Shown one piece after another: positions 1-11,327 of a DNA stretch of 64,000 nt (within the stretch, counting starts at the first letter, position 1; each line of letters begins with the position of its first letter). Source of the stretch: Promethearchaeia archaeon (GTDB lineage: Archaea > Asgardarchaeota > Lokiarchaeia > Sigyniarchaeales > SOKP01). The notes under the pieces are model-generated. The model was not told the origin of the DNA. It did not search any database and was given only the letters and a program-made list of their open reading frames with translations. The stretch covers positions 1 to 64,000 of the forward strand of contig JAHQWL010000070.1 in the NCBI GenBank assembly GCA_029856155.1, in the 5' to 3' direction. The position numbers were made by a program, and so were the translations under genes.

Positions 1-285
1 ATCCTCCAAATCATTATATACGGCATGCGGTGAATTTGCTGCCATTACTATAAAAGCAACTCCTCCATTTTCTAATGCTTTAATACCACTCATTAAATAT
101 TCAATATATTTTTCTCTATTTACCACTATTTCATAATCAATAAGCTTCTGAAAATCCAAACTGAAAATTAAAACTTCAGGATAATGATAATCATTGAACT
201 TATCATAATACTTTTCTAGAAGTAAATCATAATACTTAATTGTAGATTCATAGGACATACCTCCTAATATTCCTATTCTATTCAT
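1..285 (-). CDS. Aspartate/amino-acid racemase family protein (5' part; runs off window)
   Basis: Manual translation from ATG at 285: MNRIGILGGMSYESTIKYY...FIVMAANSPHAVYNDLED. GILGGMSxESTxxYY is the Asp-racemase N-terminal signature. Not in the ORF track. Confidence 0.85.
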   Translation of the reverse strand, partial: MNRIGILGGMSYESTIKYYDLLLEKYYDKFNDYHYPEVLIFSLDFQKLIDYEIVVNREKYIEYLMSGIKALENGGVAFIVMAANSPHAVYNDLED

Positions 286-337
286 TTCTTTTAATCCACC
301 TTCGAATTTCTTCTATTTTACACTCTTACTATATCTA

Positions 338-895
338 TTAGTAATAGAACCTAGTGGTAATAACTTTTCCCTTTTCAGAAATCTCTATTCCTTCCATCTC
401 TAACAGTTTGCGTTTCATTTTTATCCCACCTTGATATCCTCCGAGCTCACCATTTGTTTTAATTGCTCGATGACAGGGAATAACGATCGGAAATGGATTT
501 CTGGCAAGTGCGTTTCCAACGACTCTAGCTCCATTGATTATGCCGATATGGGTTGCTATTCGTTTATAGGTACTAATATACCCTCTAGGAATCCCATATT
601 CTGCCAAAAGCACTCTTTTTTGCACCTCTAAACACCTATTAAAATCAACTAGCTCTAAATCAAATTCTACCTTTTCCCCTTTAAAGAACTGTTGCATTTT
701 CTCACCTAGTGATGTTATTAAAGAAGAAGAGGCTAATTTGATTTGCTTGAAAGATTCCAGAGCCTTAACTTCCGAGTTGAGCTTAGCATCACTAAGAAAT
801 ATACGTTGCACTTTTTGTTCGGAGCCTCTTCTTATCCATACAATAGTAAAAGACTCAAAAGGGGAAGAAAAAGTAGCGTAAAATGGATATTCCAT
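338..895 (-). CDS. ogt: Methylated-DNA-protein-cysteine methyltransferase
   Basis: IPRGYISTYKRIA...ARVVGNALARNP..IVIPCHR active-site motif, GGYQGG..KRKLLEMEG. Confidence 0.95.
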   Translation of the reverse strand: MEYPFYATFSSPFESFTIVWIRRGSEQKVQRIFLSDAKLNSEVKALESFKQIKLASSSLITSLGEKMQQFFKGEKVEFDLELVDFNRCLEVQKRVLLAEYGIPRGYISTYKRIATHIGIINGARVVGNALARNPFPIVIPCHRAIKTNGELGGYQGGIKMKRKLLEMEGIEISEKGKVITTRFYY

Positions 896-1160
896 GCCTT
901 GTCAACATTATCAATAAAATAAAAATTTTTTCTAGAAATATTCTTCGTGAAATCATCGTTATCCAATCTATGAGTTAGAACAACGGGAACACATAAATAT
1001 TTATAAATAAATAATATAAAATGAAAACCAATGTATACTATGATTTTATTTAAATTCGAACCTCAATATTATGATTTTCTTTTTATGTATTTCAAAGGAG
1101 AAAATCAAATTAAGCAAAAATATAAAAGAAAAAAATAAGGATTAAATTTTTACATTGTGA

Positions 1161-1406
1161 TTATAATATCGCGAACCATAAAACTAATGCAATAATTCCC
1201 AGAACCAAACCGCCCAAACCATAGCTTTTTGAGTCATCATATGCGATTCCAATTATGCCGGCAATTATAGCAAGGGCGGCTAGTATGAAAAAGACGATGT
1301 CTGCATAAGGAAAGGTGAATGCAAACTTCAATACTAGTTCCAATATTATTGCTAATATTCCCATTAGTAGAGCAAAGGTTCCAGCTGATCTTCCCACATT
1401 TATCAC
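1161..1406 (-). CDS. Small membrane protein (about 3 TM)
   Basis: 81 aa with three hydrophobic stretches. Confidence 0.65.
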   Translation of the reverse strand: MINVGRSAGTFALLMGILAIILELVLKFAFTFPYADIVFFILAALAIIAGIIGIAYDDSKSYGLGGLVLGIIALVLWFAIL

Positions 1407-1499
1407 TTTTTTTTATATTTTATAATTTTTAAATGACACTTTAAAAGTGTATATTATTATATGAATTGCCTTTTATTTAAAACTAATATTAATAAATAA

Positions 1500-1757
1500 T
1501 TAATTTCCCTTCAGATTTAGTCTCAAAATGCACACTACATTATATGTAAAATCCGCATATATGTTATCATATGGAAAATTCACTTTTAAGATATCAATTA
1601 CTCTTGGATAGAATTCTATTTTATTAGTATCCTTTACTACACAAATTATGATGTCGAGGTCATTGTCAGATCTATGTTGTTGGTGCGCTCTTGAGCCTGC
1701 TTTAGCAACACCAGAAATTTTAAGGTTTAGATCCTTGTGGTAAATAAGAATGGGAAA
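1500..1757 (-). pseudogene. Pol-beta-type nucleotidyltransferase fragment without a start codon
   Basis: 85 open codons reading ...KISGVAKAGSRAHQQHRSDNDLDIIICV (GS-x-DxD signature); in-frame stops immediately upstream. Confidence 0.6.
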
Positions 1758-1981
1758 TTATCAATAAAATACTTACATCTCCAGTAATTTCTGAAAATCT
1801 TACGGTCTTAGGAACTACCCAATATTCTTTACCGTTAATATAAACGATATCTGAATCCGCTAATCCTTCGAATGTAGATCCAATGGATACTGCTAATTAT
1901 TAAACGGCAAAATCGTGGTCAAATTATAAAAATAAATTTCCATGCACTTCAATTAAAAAAATACAATAAGAACCAGCGAGG

Positions 1982-2170
1982 GTGTTATACCAGAATATAT
2001 TCGAGTATCTTAGATTCTCCCTAATTTGGAAATTAAAAAATGACATTTCTTCGATTTTGGAAGAATTTGAAAAGAGTCAGAAGCAAAAAAGGTTGAAAAT
2101 TAAAGCTTGGATGGAAGATTTAAAGCCAATCTTACAAAATGTTATTGAAGAATTTGTAGAGCAATTATAG
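1982..2170 (+). pseudogene. Probable decayed gene fragment
   Basis: Short helical ORF; neighbouring frames carry protein-like text broken by stops. Confidence 0.3.
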
Positions 2171-2344
2171 AATTTTACTTATCGTAAAGAATTATGATAA
2201 TCCTAAACCGTTAAATCTATATGATTAGGAAAAGTAATTATAAGAATTTTGAATGAATTATAGAAATAAAATTTAAAAATTAGAATTTATTTTAAAAATT
2301 TATTTTATGTAATAGATTATAAAGCAAATATACTAAAGAGGCAA

Positions 2345-2947
2345 ATGATCGAAGATTGTATTGATAGTGTCTGGATATTAGAAATTGAATCTGGAATCGT
2401 TATTTATGAAGAAATTTATAAAGATATAACAAAACATGGAATATCAACAGATATGATTTTAAATTTTCTTTCAGCCTTAGTTAGTTTTGCTGGTGAAGTG
2501 TTTGTAGATAAGATGACACATATAAAGCTATCAAATCATAAGATCTTTTTTAATTTTTTAAAGCATATCATGTTGGTAATATCGATAACTGACAAAATTT
2601 CTATTGAGGAAAGGAAATTAAGCGTTTTAATTGAAAGAATCGGTAAAAAATTTGAATCTAAGTATGAGAACTTATATAACCAAGAATTATGGTATGCAAA
2701 TCTCGATGTGTTTAATTCTTTTTCTAAAGATTTAAGAGAGATCATTAATAGAGAACCAGATCCAATCAAAATAGTGCATAGTATTAATTTTTCTGAAAAA
2801 ATAAAAAAATTGAATGAATTAATTGATTATGAAACAAATAAATTTTTAAACAGAAAGCAAAAACTCCTAAAAGTTTATGAACAGAGGGTAGAGAGATTAG
2901 AATCTAAAAAGAGCAAAACAATGTTAAATGAAAAAACAATACCATGA
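2345..2947 (+). CDS. Longin/roadblock-like domain protein with C-terminal coiled coil
   Basis: WILEIESGIVIY..., FLSALVSFAGEVF, IGKKFESKY, FNSF pattern typical of Asgard longin-like proteins. Confidence 0.6.
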   Translation: MIEDCIDSVWILEIESGIVIYEEIYKDITKHGISTDMILNFLSALVSFAGEVFVDKMTHIKLSNHKIFFNFLKHIMLVISITDKISIEERKLSVLIERIGKKFESKYENLYNQELWYANLDVFNSFSKDLREIINREPDPIKIVHSINFSEKIKKLNELIDYETNKFLNRKQKLLKVYEQRVERLESKKSKTMLNEKTIP

Positions 2948-3119
2948 TACCTAAAATCAACTTCCTTCCAAATTATAAATAATTATAAAAAATTTTTAAG
3001 AAATTAATGAATCCAAATATTTTTTCAGTATTTTTAAAATTATGATCATCTTTCTTATTCCTTAATTGATCAAGATCTATAAAAGATTCCTCCTCTAAGC
3101 GTTGAAATAAAACTATATG

Positions 3120-3370
3120 TTAATTAATTAAATCTTTAACAATAATAAATTCTGTTTCACTAGTTCTTTGGATATGAGTTCCTCGTGGTATTTCAAATAA
3201 TACATTTTTAGTTTCAGGTAATATTTGAAAAGTATTGATTTTTCCATTACTATCATGATTGATACTTAATTTTCCATAAATCCAAAATGAAATATCTACT
3301 AAATCGCTATATTTCCAATTTTTATAAATGGGTAATTCCTTAATATCTTCTGTATATATTTTATAATCAC
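3120..3370 (-). CDS. Small hypothetical protein (about 83 aa), divergent from grpE, with an apparent 1-nt deletion near the start
   Basis: Frame 3359-3120 is open for 79 codons (IYTEDIKELPIYKNWKYSDLVDISFWIYGKLSI...VKDLIN*). GTG at 3370 joins it if one A is added to the A4 run at 3359-3362. Confidence 0.55.
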
Positions 3371-3433
3371 TATAATTATAAATTTAAATCACTTAATCAC
3401 TTAAAATCAATTTAGAAAAAAAATGTAGAGGAT

Positions 3434-4108
3434 TTGAACATGGTATTTGGGGATCATTTTGATAAATCCATAAGCGACAGAAATAAAGCTTCAAATAATA
3501 TAGCAATTTCCAAAGAAGAGTTTCAAGGTTTAAAAGAACGTGCGGAGAAATATGAATCTGTAGTTAGTCAAGTTAAAACATTAAGACTTGAAAATAAGGA
3601 ATTAAAGGAAGTTTTAAAAGATTTAAAAGTAGATGCTAGACCATACAAAGAATTGAAAGAGGAAAATGAAAAATATCTAAAATCTTTATTAAGAGTTCAG
3701 GCAGACTTCGAGAATTATAAAAAGAGAATAGATCGTGAAAATCAAAATTTCCAACTCTATGCTATGAAAAAAATCTTACTGAAGTTGATTAACCACTATG
3801 ACGATTTAAAGCGAGTTTTAAGAGTATTAGGAGCAAAAGGAATTGATGAGTCGATCAGAAAAGGTATTGAGATGATTGTACAGAATTACGAAAAGATACT
3901 TGAAGAGGAGGGAGTGAAACCCATGAATTCCGAAGGACAAATCTTTGATCCTTATAAACATGAAGTATTGAATTGTATTGAAAGCAATCTCCCTGAAAAT
4001 ACTATAATAGAAGAATTAGATAAAGGTTATTTTTTTAATGACAAAATATTACGACCTGCAAAGGTCATAATTTCCAAAAATTCAATTTTATGTAAAAAAA
4101 CTCAATGA
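3434..4108 (+). CDS. grpE: Nucleotide exchange factor GrpE
   Basis: [23 protein letters not shown]...LRPAKV motifs. Confidence 0.95.
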   Translation: MNMVFGDHFDKSISDRNKASNNIAISKEEFQGLKERAEKYESVVSQVKTLRLENKELKEVLKDLKVDARPYKELKEENEKYLKSLLRVQADFENYKKRIDRENQNFQLYAMKKILLKLINHYDDLKRVLRVLGAKGIDESIRKGIEMIVQNYEKILEEEGVKPMNSEGQIFDPYKHEVLNCIESNLPENTIIEELDKGYFFNDKILRPAKVIISKNSILCKKTQ

Positions 4109-4145
4109 GAAATTAAAAATAAAACAAAAAAGAAGTGGAAAAAAA

Positions 4146-6061
4146 ATGGGAAAAATAATAGGAATTGATTTAGGAACATCCAACTCAGCAGCCGCTGTAC
4201 TTATAGGAGGAAAACCAACAATTATTCCAAGTGCGGAGGGACTTACACTAGGTGGGAAAGCTTTTCCATCAGTTATAGCTTTTACGAAAGATGGCCAGAG
4301 GTTAGTAGGAGAACCTGCAAGAAGGCAAGCAATTTCTAATCCGGACAGGACAATTACTGCGATTAAAAGGAAAATGGGAACATCATTTAAGGTAACTATT
4401 GATGGTAAGGATTATACCCCTCAAGAAATTTCTGCGATGCTTTTAAGAAAGATAAAGGAAGATGCGTCAGCTTATTTAGGTGAAGAAGTAACAGATGCTA
4501 TTATTACGGTTCCTGCCTACTTTAACGATAACCAGAGACAAGCGACAAAAGATGCGGGAAGGATCGCAGGATTAAATGTAAAACGTTTAATCAATGAACC
4601 CACTGCCGCTGCTATCGCTTATGGTTTAGATAAAGAAGGCCTTCAAATGAAAATTGCGGTATTAGATTTAGGTGGAGGTACATTTGATGTGACCATCATG
4701 GAGATGGATAATAAGGTATTTGAAGTAATTTCTACTGCGGGTGATACTCAATTAGGAGGCACTGACATGGATAGAATATTGGTTGATTATATAATTGATG
4801 AGTTCAAAAAAGATCAAGGAATCGATTTAAGAAAGGATTCTATGGCAGTTCAGAGAGTGCGTGAAGCTGCAGAAAAAGCTAAGATTGAATTATCTAACTC
4901 CGTCAGCACCGATTTGAATTTACCTTATATTACCGCTACCAATGAGGGTCCAAAACATTTGAATATGACATTGACCAGAGCTAAATTAGAACAGTTGATA
5001 GAGCCCGTATTAAAGAGACTTGATGCACCTATTCAGAAAGCATTACAAGATGCGGGGTTATCTAAAGGAGTTGTAGATAAAGTCATCTTAGTTGGTGGAC
5101 CTACCAGAATGCCTAGTATTCAACAGAAGTTTGAACAATTCTTAGGGAAGACACCAGAACGCAGTATAGATCCAATGGAATGTGTTGCCTTAGGAGCTGC
5201 AATACAAGGTGGTGTTTTAACGGGAGAAGTTGAGAATTTATTATTATTGGATGTCACTCCATTGTCCCTAGGCGTTGAAACATTAGGAGGAGTCTTTAGT
5301 AAGTTAATTGAGCGGAATACAACTATTCCGACAGAAAAGAAAGAGATCTTTAGTACTGCTGCAGACAACCAATCTGCTGTAGAGATTCATGTCCTACAAG
5401 GAGAACGGAAAAGGGCTGAAGATAATATCACACTCGGTAGATTTCATTTGACTGGAATTCCACCTGCTCCAAGAGGTGTTCCACAGATCGAAGTTAAATT
5501 TGATATCGATCAAAATGGCATTCTCAATGTTACCGCAAAAGATTTAGGTACTGGTAGAAGCCAATCCATTACAATAACCGCATCCACCAAGATGTCTGAA
5601 AACGAGATCAATCAGAAGATTCGTGAGGCCGAGATGAATGCTGAAGAAGATAAGAAATTCAAAGACTTAACTGAAGCTAAGAACCATGCAGAATCTCTAA
5701 TTTATCAAACCGAAAAGCTAATGAAAGAAAATGAAGGAGTAATTGGAGATTTAAAAGATAGCATATTGAGAAAAATCTCTGATTTACGGGCCGCTATGGA
5801 AAGCGAAAATGTTCCACGAATAAATAGTGCTATGGAAGCCTTACAAAAGGAATTACATGAAGTCTCCAGTCGTATGTACGGTCAACAAGCGAGACCTGGA
5901 CATATCCAGGAGGATATCAGGGAACCCCACCTGGTGGTATGGGTGACACGACCAATGGGGCAAATTACGGATCTAAAGCAAAGACGGAAGATGAGAAACA
6001 AGCAGAAAAATTTAGAAGGGCTACAGGACAAGATGATGTAATTGATACGGATTATTCTTAG
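4146..6061 (+). CDS. dnaK: Chaperone DnaK (Hsp70), with a frameshift near 5901; probable true stop at 6061
   Basis: [39 protein letters not shown]. The alternative frame from 5903 gives YPGGYQG...[11 protein letters not shown], a canonical DnaK tail. Confidence 0.97.
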
Positions 6062-6062
6062 G

Positions 6063-6098
6063 TTTTTTTTTTTTAATTAATATTTTTTTTTTATTTTA
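6063..6098 (+). terminator. Oligo-T tracts after dnaK (possible intra-operon terminator)
   Basis: Long T runs directly after the corrected stop at 6061. Confidence 0.4.
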
Positions 6099-6147
6099 TT
6101 AAAATTCTTAAATTCATAAAATCCTTAATCAAGATTCAAAGAAAGGG

Positions 6148-7170
6148 ATGAAAATCATGGTAAAAGATTATTATCAAGTATTGGGTATTGATAAGACGGC
6201 TAATAAGGATGAAATTAAACGGGCTTTCAGGAAGCTCGCAAGGAAGTATCATCCAGATGTAAATCCTGATGAACCCAAATCAGGTGAAAAATTCAAAGAG
6301 ATTAATGAAGCCTATGGTATTTTGAGTGATGATAAAAAAAGAGAGATGTATGATAAATTTGGCGTGGTAGAAGGAGATCCATCTTCCTATCAGCAACAGG
6401 GAGGATTTCCTGGAGGAGGACAAGCATATCAATCCCCAGATGGTACAACGTATTACTATAGCACTTCTGGAGGTCCAAGAGGATTTGATTTCAGTGAGAT
6501 TTTTGGTAAAGGAAGAAAATCGAGAAGTAGTCGTGGTTCTGGAGGATTTGATTACTTTAATGATTTAGGAGATATTTTTGATGTATTTTCAAAACAAGGG
6601 ACAAGTTCAAGAGTGAGAGATGGAGGTTTTGGAAATCGTCCTGTAGAAGGAGAAGATTTAAGGTATGATATGGAAATTGATTTTATGAATGCATATTATG
6701 GTGGAGAAAGTAAAATTTCCTATAGAGAATCCTCTACTGGCCAACAAACTACATTGACAGTGAAAATTCCAAGAGGAATAAAAGATCAACAGAAGTTAAG
6801 ATTAAAAGGAAAAGGTTTGCCAGGTATGAATGGAGGTCCTCCAGGGGATTTATATATTAATGTGAATGTGAAACCACACCCTATTTTTAAATTAGAAGAA
6901 GACGATATTTACATAGAAAAAGAAATATCTTTTACCACAGCAGTTTTAGGTGGTAAGGTAGATGTTCCTGGAATTGAAAAAACTTTAAATATGACAGTTC
7001 CTCTGGGAACACGGGACGGTGCGATTTTAAGGTTAAAAAATCAAGGATTTTTTAAGACGGGAACAGAAGAAAGAGGCAGCTTATTAGTTAAAATTTCGAT
7101 TAGAATCCCTAAAAAATTAAATAAAACACAAAAAGAATTATTAGAAAAATTACAAAAAACAGGTCTGTAG
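6148..7170 (+). CDS. dnaJ: DnaJ class B (CbpA-like, no Zn finger)
   Basis: J domain with HPD, G/F-rich linker and C-terminal domain; no CxxCxGxG repeats. Confidence 0.93.
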   Translation: MKIMVKDYYQVLGIDKTANKDEIKRAFRKLARKYHPDVNPDEPKSGEKFKEINEAYGILSDDKKREMYDKFGVVEGDPSSYQQQGGFPGGGQAYQSPDGTTYYYSTSGGPRGFDFSEIFGKGRKSRSSRGSGGFDYFNDLGDIFDVFSKQGTSSRVRDGGFGNRPVEGEDLRYDMEIDFMNAYYGGESKISYRESSTGQQTTLTVKIPRGIKDQQKLRLKGKGLPGMNGGPPGDLYINVNVKPHPIFKLEEDDIYIEKEISFTTAVLGGKVDVPGIEKTLNMTVPLGTRDGAILRLKNQGFFKTGTEERGSLLVKISIRIPKKLNKTQKELLEKLQKTGL

Positions 7171-7183
7171 GTAAAATTATAAT

Positions 7184-9793
7184 ATGATGACATTTGATAA
7201 ATTCACGATTAAAGTTCAAGAAGCTCTGAAAGCTGCTCAATCATTAGCCCAAAATAATGAAAATCAGCAAATAGAACCCCTTCATTTGCTAGTTTCGTTG
7301 ATCGAGCAACAAGATGGGATAGCTACACCACTTTTTCAAAAACTCGGAGTAAATCTTTACACATTATTAAACGATTTGAAAGTGGAATTGGATAAGTTGC
7401 CAAAAGTTACAGGACCTGGTGTTACAGATGTTAGGATCTCACCAAGATCTAATAAGATATTCGATGTTGCATGGAAGGAAGCAGGATTTTTAAGAGATCA
7501 ATATCTAAGTACTGAGCATTTACTAATTGCAATAGCAGCAGACGAGTCTCTATCAATTTATCCTATATTAAAAAATTATGGAATAACTAAAGATAGGATT
7601 CTTCAAGCCTTAAGTAATATTAGAGGGAATCGAACAATAACAGACCAAGATCCTGAGGGAAAATATCAAGCAATTCTGAAATATAGTCGCAATTTTACGG
7701 ATTTAGCAAGAAGAGGAAAACTAGATCCCGTGATTGGAAGAGACGAAGAGATAAGAAGGGTTATGCATATCCTTTCAAGACGCACAAAAAACAATCCCGT
7801 ATTAATTGGAGAAGCTGGTGTTGGAAAAACCGCTATTGTGGAAGGTCTAGCTCAACGAATTGCTAGTAATGATGTTCCAGATTCTTTAAAAGAAAAGGAT
7901 CTTATATCTTTAGATTTAGCAGCTCTTATCGCCGGAGCGAAATATCGTGGTGAATTTGAAGATCGTCTCAAGGCATTCTTAAAAGAAGTTGAAGAAGGTG
8001 CTGGAAAATATATTTTATTTATTGATGAATTACACACTTTGGTAGGAGCCGGTGCGGCTGAAGGAGCGATTGATGCTTCAAATATGTTAAAACCTGCATT
8101 AGCCAGAGGAGAATTGCGATGTATTGGCGCTACAACATTAGATGAATATCGTAAATACATTGAGAAAGATGCTGCATTAACTCGCAGATTTCAAACCATT
8201 TATATCGCTGAGCCATCTGTAGAAGATTCTATAGCAATTCTAAGAGGTTTAAAAGAAAAATATGAAATACATCATGGAGTTCGAATAACAGATTCTGCGA
8301 TAATTGCAGCCGTTACTTTATCTCATAGATATATTACAGATCGCTTTTTACCTGATAAAGCTATAGATCTTATAGACGAAGCTGCTTCTAGATTAAGAAT
8401 AGAAATAGATAGTATGCCAACCGAAATTGATGCAATTGAGAGGAAAATTATCCAATTAGAAATCCAAAAAGAAGCTTTGAAAAAAGAAAAAGATAAATCT
8501 GCCAAGGACAAACTTGAAAAGATCGACGAAGAGCTTCATAATCTACGTGAAGAAAGCGATAAAATGCAGATTCAATGGAGAAACGAAAAAGAAAAAATAG
8601 TAAAAATTAGCGAAATTAAGCGAAAGATGGAAGAAACAAAGATGGATGCTGATAAAGCTGAAAAACGTGGAGATCTTGGGAAAGCCGCCGAATTAACTTA
8701 TGGTATACTTAATCAATTGAAGAAAGATTTAGAAAAATGTAACACAGAATTGAATGAAATTCAACAAAATAATAAAATGTTAAAGCAAGAAGTTGATGAA
8801 GAAGACATAGCAAAAATAGTTTCTCAATGGACTGGTATTCCCGTTTTAAGAATGCTGGAGGGAGAACGAGAAAAATTGTTAAAAATGGAAGATCGATTAA
8901 AGCAAAGAGTAATTGGACAAGATGAGGCATTAGTAAAAATCTCAAATGCTATTAGGAGAGCAAGGGCAGGGATTCAAGATCCAAATAGACCAATTGGCAC
9001 TTTTATTTTTATGGGTCCAACTGGAGTCGGAAAAACCGAGACTGCTAAAGCTTTAGCGGAATTTCTTTTTGACGATGAAAATGCTATGGTAAGAATTGAT
9101 ATGTCAGAATTTATGGAGAAACACAGCATAGCGAGATTGATTGGTGCACCTCCAGGATATGTTGGTTATGAAGAAGGTGGATACTTAACAGAAGCTATAA
9201 GGCGAAGACCTTATGCAGTAATTCTCTTTGATGAAATTGAAAAAGCACATCCAGAAGTGTTTAACATATTATTGCAGATTATGGATGATGGACGTTTAAC
9301 TGATGGTCATGGAAGGACTGTAGATTTTAAGAATTCAATTATAATCATGACTAGCAATATCGGTAGTCAATATATATTAGAATCCCGCGTTAAGGGCAAA
9401 GAAGAAACTGAAGAATTAATTTTGAAGACACTGAGTAGTTATTTCAGACCCGAATTTCTAAATCGCGTTGATGATATAATAATTTTTAACTTCTTAAAAA
9501 AAGATCAGATAAAACAAATCATTGATATACAACTTAGAAAATTAAACAAAATATTATCTGGTAATAAAATTAAATTAAAGCTCACGGATAAAGCAAAAGA
9601 ATTTCTTAGTGAAAAAGGATTTGATCCAGATTACGGGGTAAGACCGCTGAAAAGAGCAATACAAACATACATTCAAAATCCGTTATCTTTGAAATTATTA
9701 GAATGTGATTTTAATGAAGGAGACATTTTAGAAGTTGATTATAATAAAGATAACGTTTTTGACTTTAAAAAAGTAGGAGAATTCATCGTTTAG
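7184..9793 (+). CDS. clpB: ATP-dependent disaggregase ClpB
   Basis: Two AAA+ modules ([16 protein letters not shown]), long coiled-coil M domain, GAPPGYVGY. Confidence 0.97.
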   Translation: MMTFDKFTIKVQEALKAAQSLAQNNENQQIEPLHLLVSLIEQQDGIATPLFQKLGVNLYTLLNDLKVELDKLPKVTGPGVTDVRISPRSNKIFDVAWKEAGFLRDQYLSTEHLLIAIAADESLSIYPILKNYGITKDRILQALSNIRGNRTITDQDPEGKYQAILKYSRNFTDLARRGKLDPVIGRDEEIRRVMHILSRRTKNNPVLIGEAGVGKTAIVEGLAQRIASNDVPDSLKEKDLISLDLAALIAGAKYRGEFEDRLKAFLKEVEEGAGKYILFIDELHTLVGAGAAEGAIDASNMLKPALARGELRCIGATTLDEYRKYIEKDAALTRRFQTIYIAEPSVEDSIAILRGLKEKYEIHHGVRITDSAIIAAVTLSHRYITDRFLPDKAIDLIDEAASRLRIEIDSMPTEIDAIERKIIQLEIQKEALKKEKDKSAKDKLEKIDEELHNLREESDKMQIQWRNEKEKIVKISEIKRKMEETKMDADKAEKRGDLGKAAELTYGILNQLKKDLEKCNTELNEIQQNNKMLKQEVDEEDIAKIVSQWTGIPVLRMLEGEREKLLKMEDRLKQRVIGQDEALVKISNAIRRARAGIQDPNRPIGTFIFMGPTGVGKTETAKALAEFLFDDENAMVRIDMSEFMEKHSIARLIGAPPGYVGYEEGGYLTEAIRRRPYAVILFDEIEKAHPEVFNILLQIMDDGRLTDGHGRTVDFKNSIIIMTSNIGSQYILESRVKGKEETEELILKTLSSYFRPEFLNRVDDIIIFNFLKKDQIKQIIDIQLRKLNKILSGNKIKLKLTDKAKEFLSEKGFDPDYGVRPLKRAIQTYIQNPLSLKLLECDFNEGDILEVDYNKDNVFDFKKVGEFIV

Positions 9794-10288
9794 GATTATC
9801 TAGAAGTACATATTTAAGATTTCTATTATTAAGGCGATTTACTCTTAAGATTTAAAGAAATACAAAACTATAATATTTCGGAATATCAACCACGTTTTTT
9901 AAGTTAATAAAATGAGCCACAGTTCATTAGGATTCAGACTTTAAAGTCCTTTGATATTGTTTATTTTTAATTAAATTTCTCTATTTCTCTTAACAATCAT
10001 AAATAATGTTGAAATCATTCATAATCTTGCAGAAATTCCTTTAATCTCTTTCGAAAATCTTTAAAGTTTCTGTTTTTCTATGAAATTGCTACAGAATAGA
10101 TTAAAAAAGATTCAATAATAATTAGAGAATGAAAATAAAAAGATTATAATTAAGGAATGTAGGATAAATATATTAACACAAATTTTATTCACAATTTTAG
10201 TTAAAAAGAAAATTATTTATATATCCTATAAAATTTTTATGATTCGTTAAAAATTTAATTGTAATAATACATCCAAAGATGTTTCAAA

Positions 10289-11278
10289 ATGAGCCAAATA
10301 CAAATAAGTCTACCTAATGAACCAAAAAATCGTATAGAATCAATAATAACTGCTTTAGATGAGAAATTAAATATTAAAAATAAGATTTTATTAACAGGAA
10401 AAAATAATTCATTAGTCATTGTTCGCTGTCAAAATAATAGAGTACCTAGAGTTCTTGAAGTACTGAACGAAATAGGAGTAGGAATTGAATTTGGGATAAT
10501 AGATATCTTAAAATTACAAGTAACGATTCCAGAGTTAAAAGAGGAAAAACAAGATATTTCCGAAGATATATCGAGCAGGGTATCCGTAGAAGAAATCGAA
10601 TCCACCATAAATGAAGGAATGGAATTACAAATTCATTATTATATATTTATTATGATAGCTGCTTTTATCGCAGGGGCAGGGCTTATATTAAATTCTACAG
10701 CAGTTATAATTGGGGCAATGATCATATCTCCATTAATGGGCCCTATTCTAGGTGTTTCATATGGTTTCATAAGTAAAAATTCACACTTAATTAAAAAGGG
10801 ATTACAGGGGCAAATTTTTAGTATCATTATCCCAATAGGTATTGGAGTTTTCTTAGCAAGCATAGCCTTCCTTATTTTTGGTACACCCTCCATAACCCAT
10901 GAAATGATGAGTAGAAATTTTCCGACGATTTTTGATATAATCGTGTCTATCGGTGCAGGTTTAGCTTTAGGATTTGCTATTACCGGAAAAATACAATCCT
11001 CTTTAGTAGGAATAGCTATTGCAGTTTCACTGATGCCTCCTGCCGTCAATGTCGGATTAGCTTTAATTTATGGTAATGTACTTTTATCAATTGGAAGTTT
11101 TACACTTTTAATGTCAAATATTCTTGCGATTAATTTTACAACACTATTGATATTTAAAATTAAAAAATTGAAGATATTAACAAAAAAATATCCTTTCTGG
11201 AAGGGTCCGGAAGAAGAGGCAGGTAATTTAGGTTTAGGTGTAAAATTAATCAGAAAAAGACCAAAGAAAGCTAACTAA
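10289..11278 (+). CDS. TIGR00341/DUF389 family membrane protein
   Basis: NSTAVIIGAMIISPLMGPI and GIAIAVSLMPP motifs. Confidence 0.88.
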   Translation: MSQIQISLPNEPKNRIESIITALDEKLNIKNKILLTGKNNSLVIVRCQNNRVPRVLEVLNEIGVGIEFGIIDILKLQVTIPELKEEKQDISEDISSRVSVEEIESTINEGMELQIHYYIFIMIAAFIAGAGLILNSTAVIIGAMIISPLMGPILGVSYGFISKNSHLIKKGLQGQIFSIIIPIGIGVFLASIAFLIFGTPSITHEMMSRNFPTIFDIIVSIGAGLALGFAITGKIQSSLVGIAIAVSLMPPAVNVGLALIYGNVLLSIGSFTLLMSNILAINFTTLLIFKIKKLKILTKKYPFWKGPEEEAGNLGLGVKLIRKRPKKAN

Positions 11279-11327
11279 TATTAAAAATTCTATTATCATT
11301 TTATGCTATATATGAAATTATTCAATG

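Noticed and set aside
9937-9948. 12-bp palindrome GACTTTAAAGTC downstream of clpB
   Set aside because: Single occurrence in AT-rich DNA with no supporting context.
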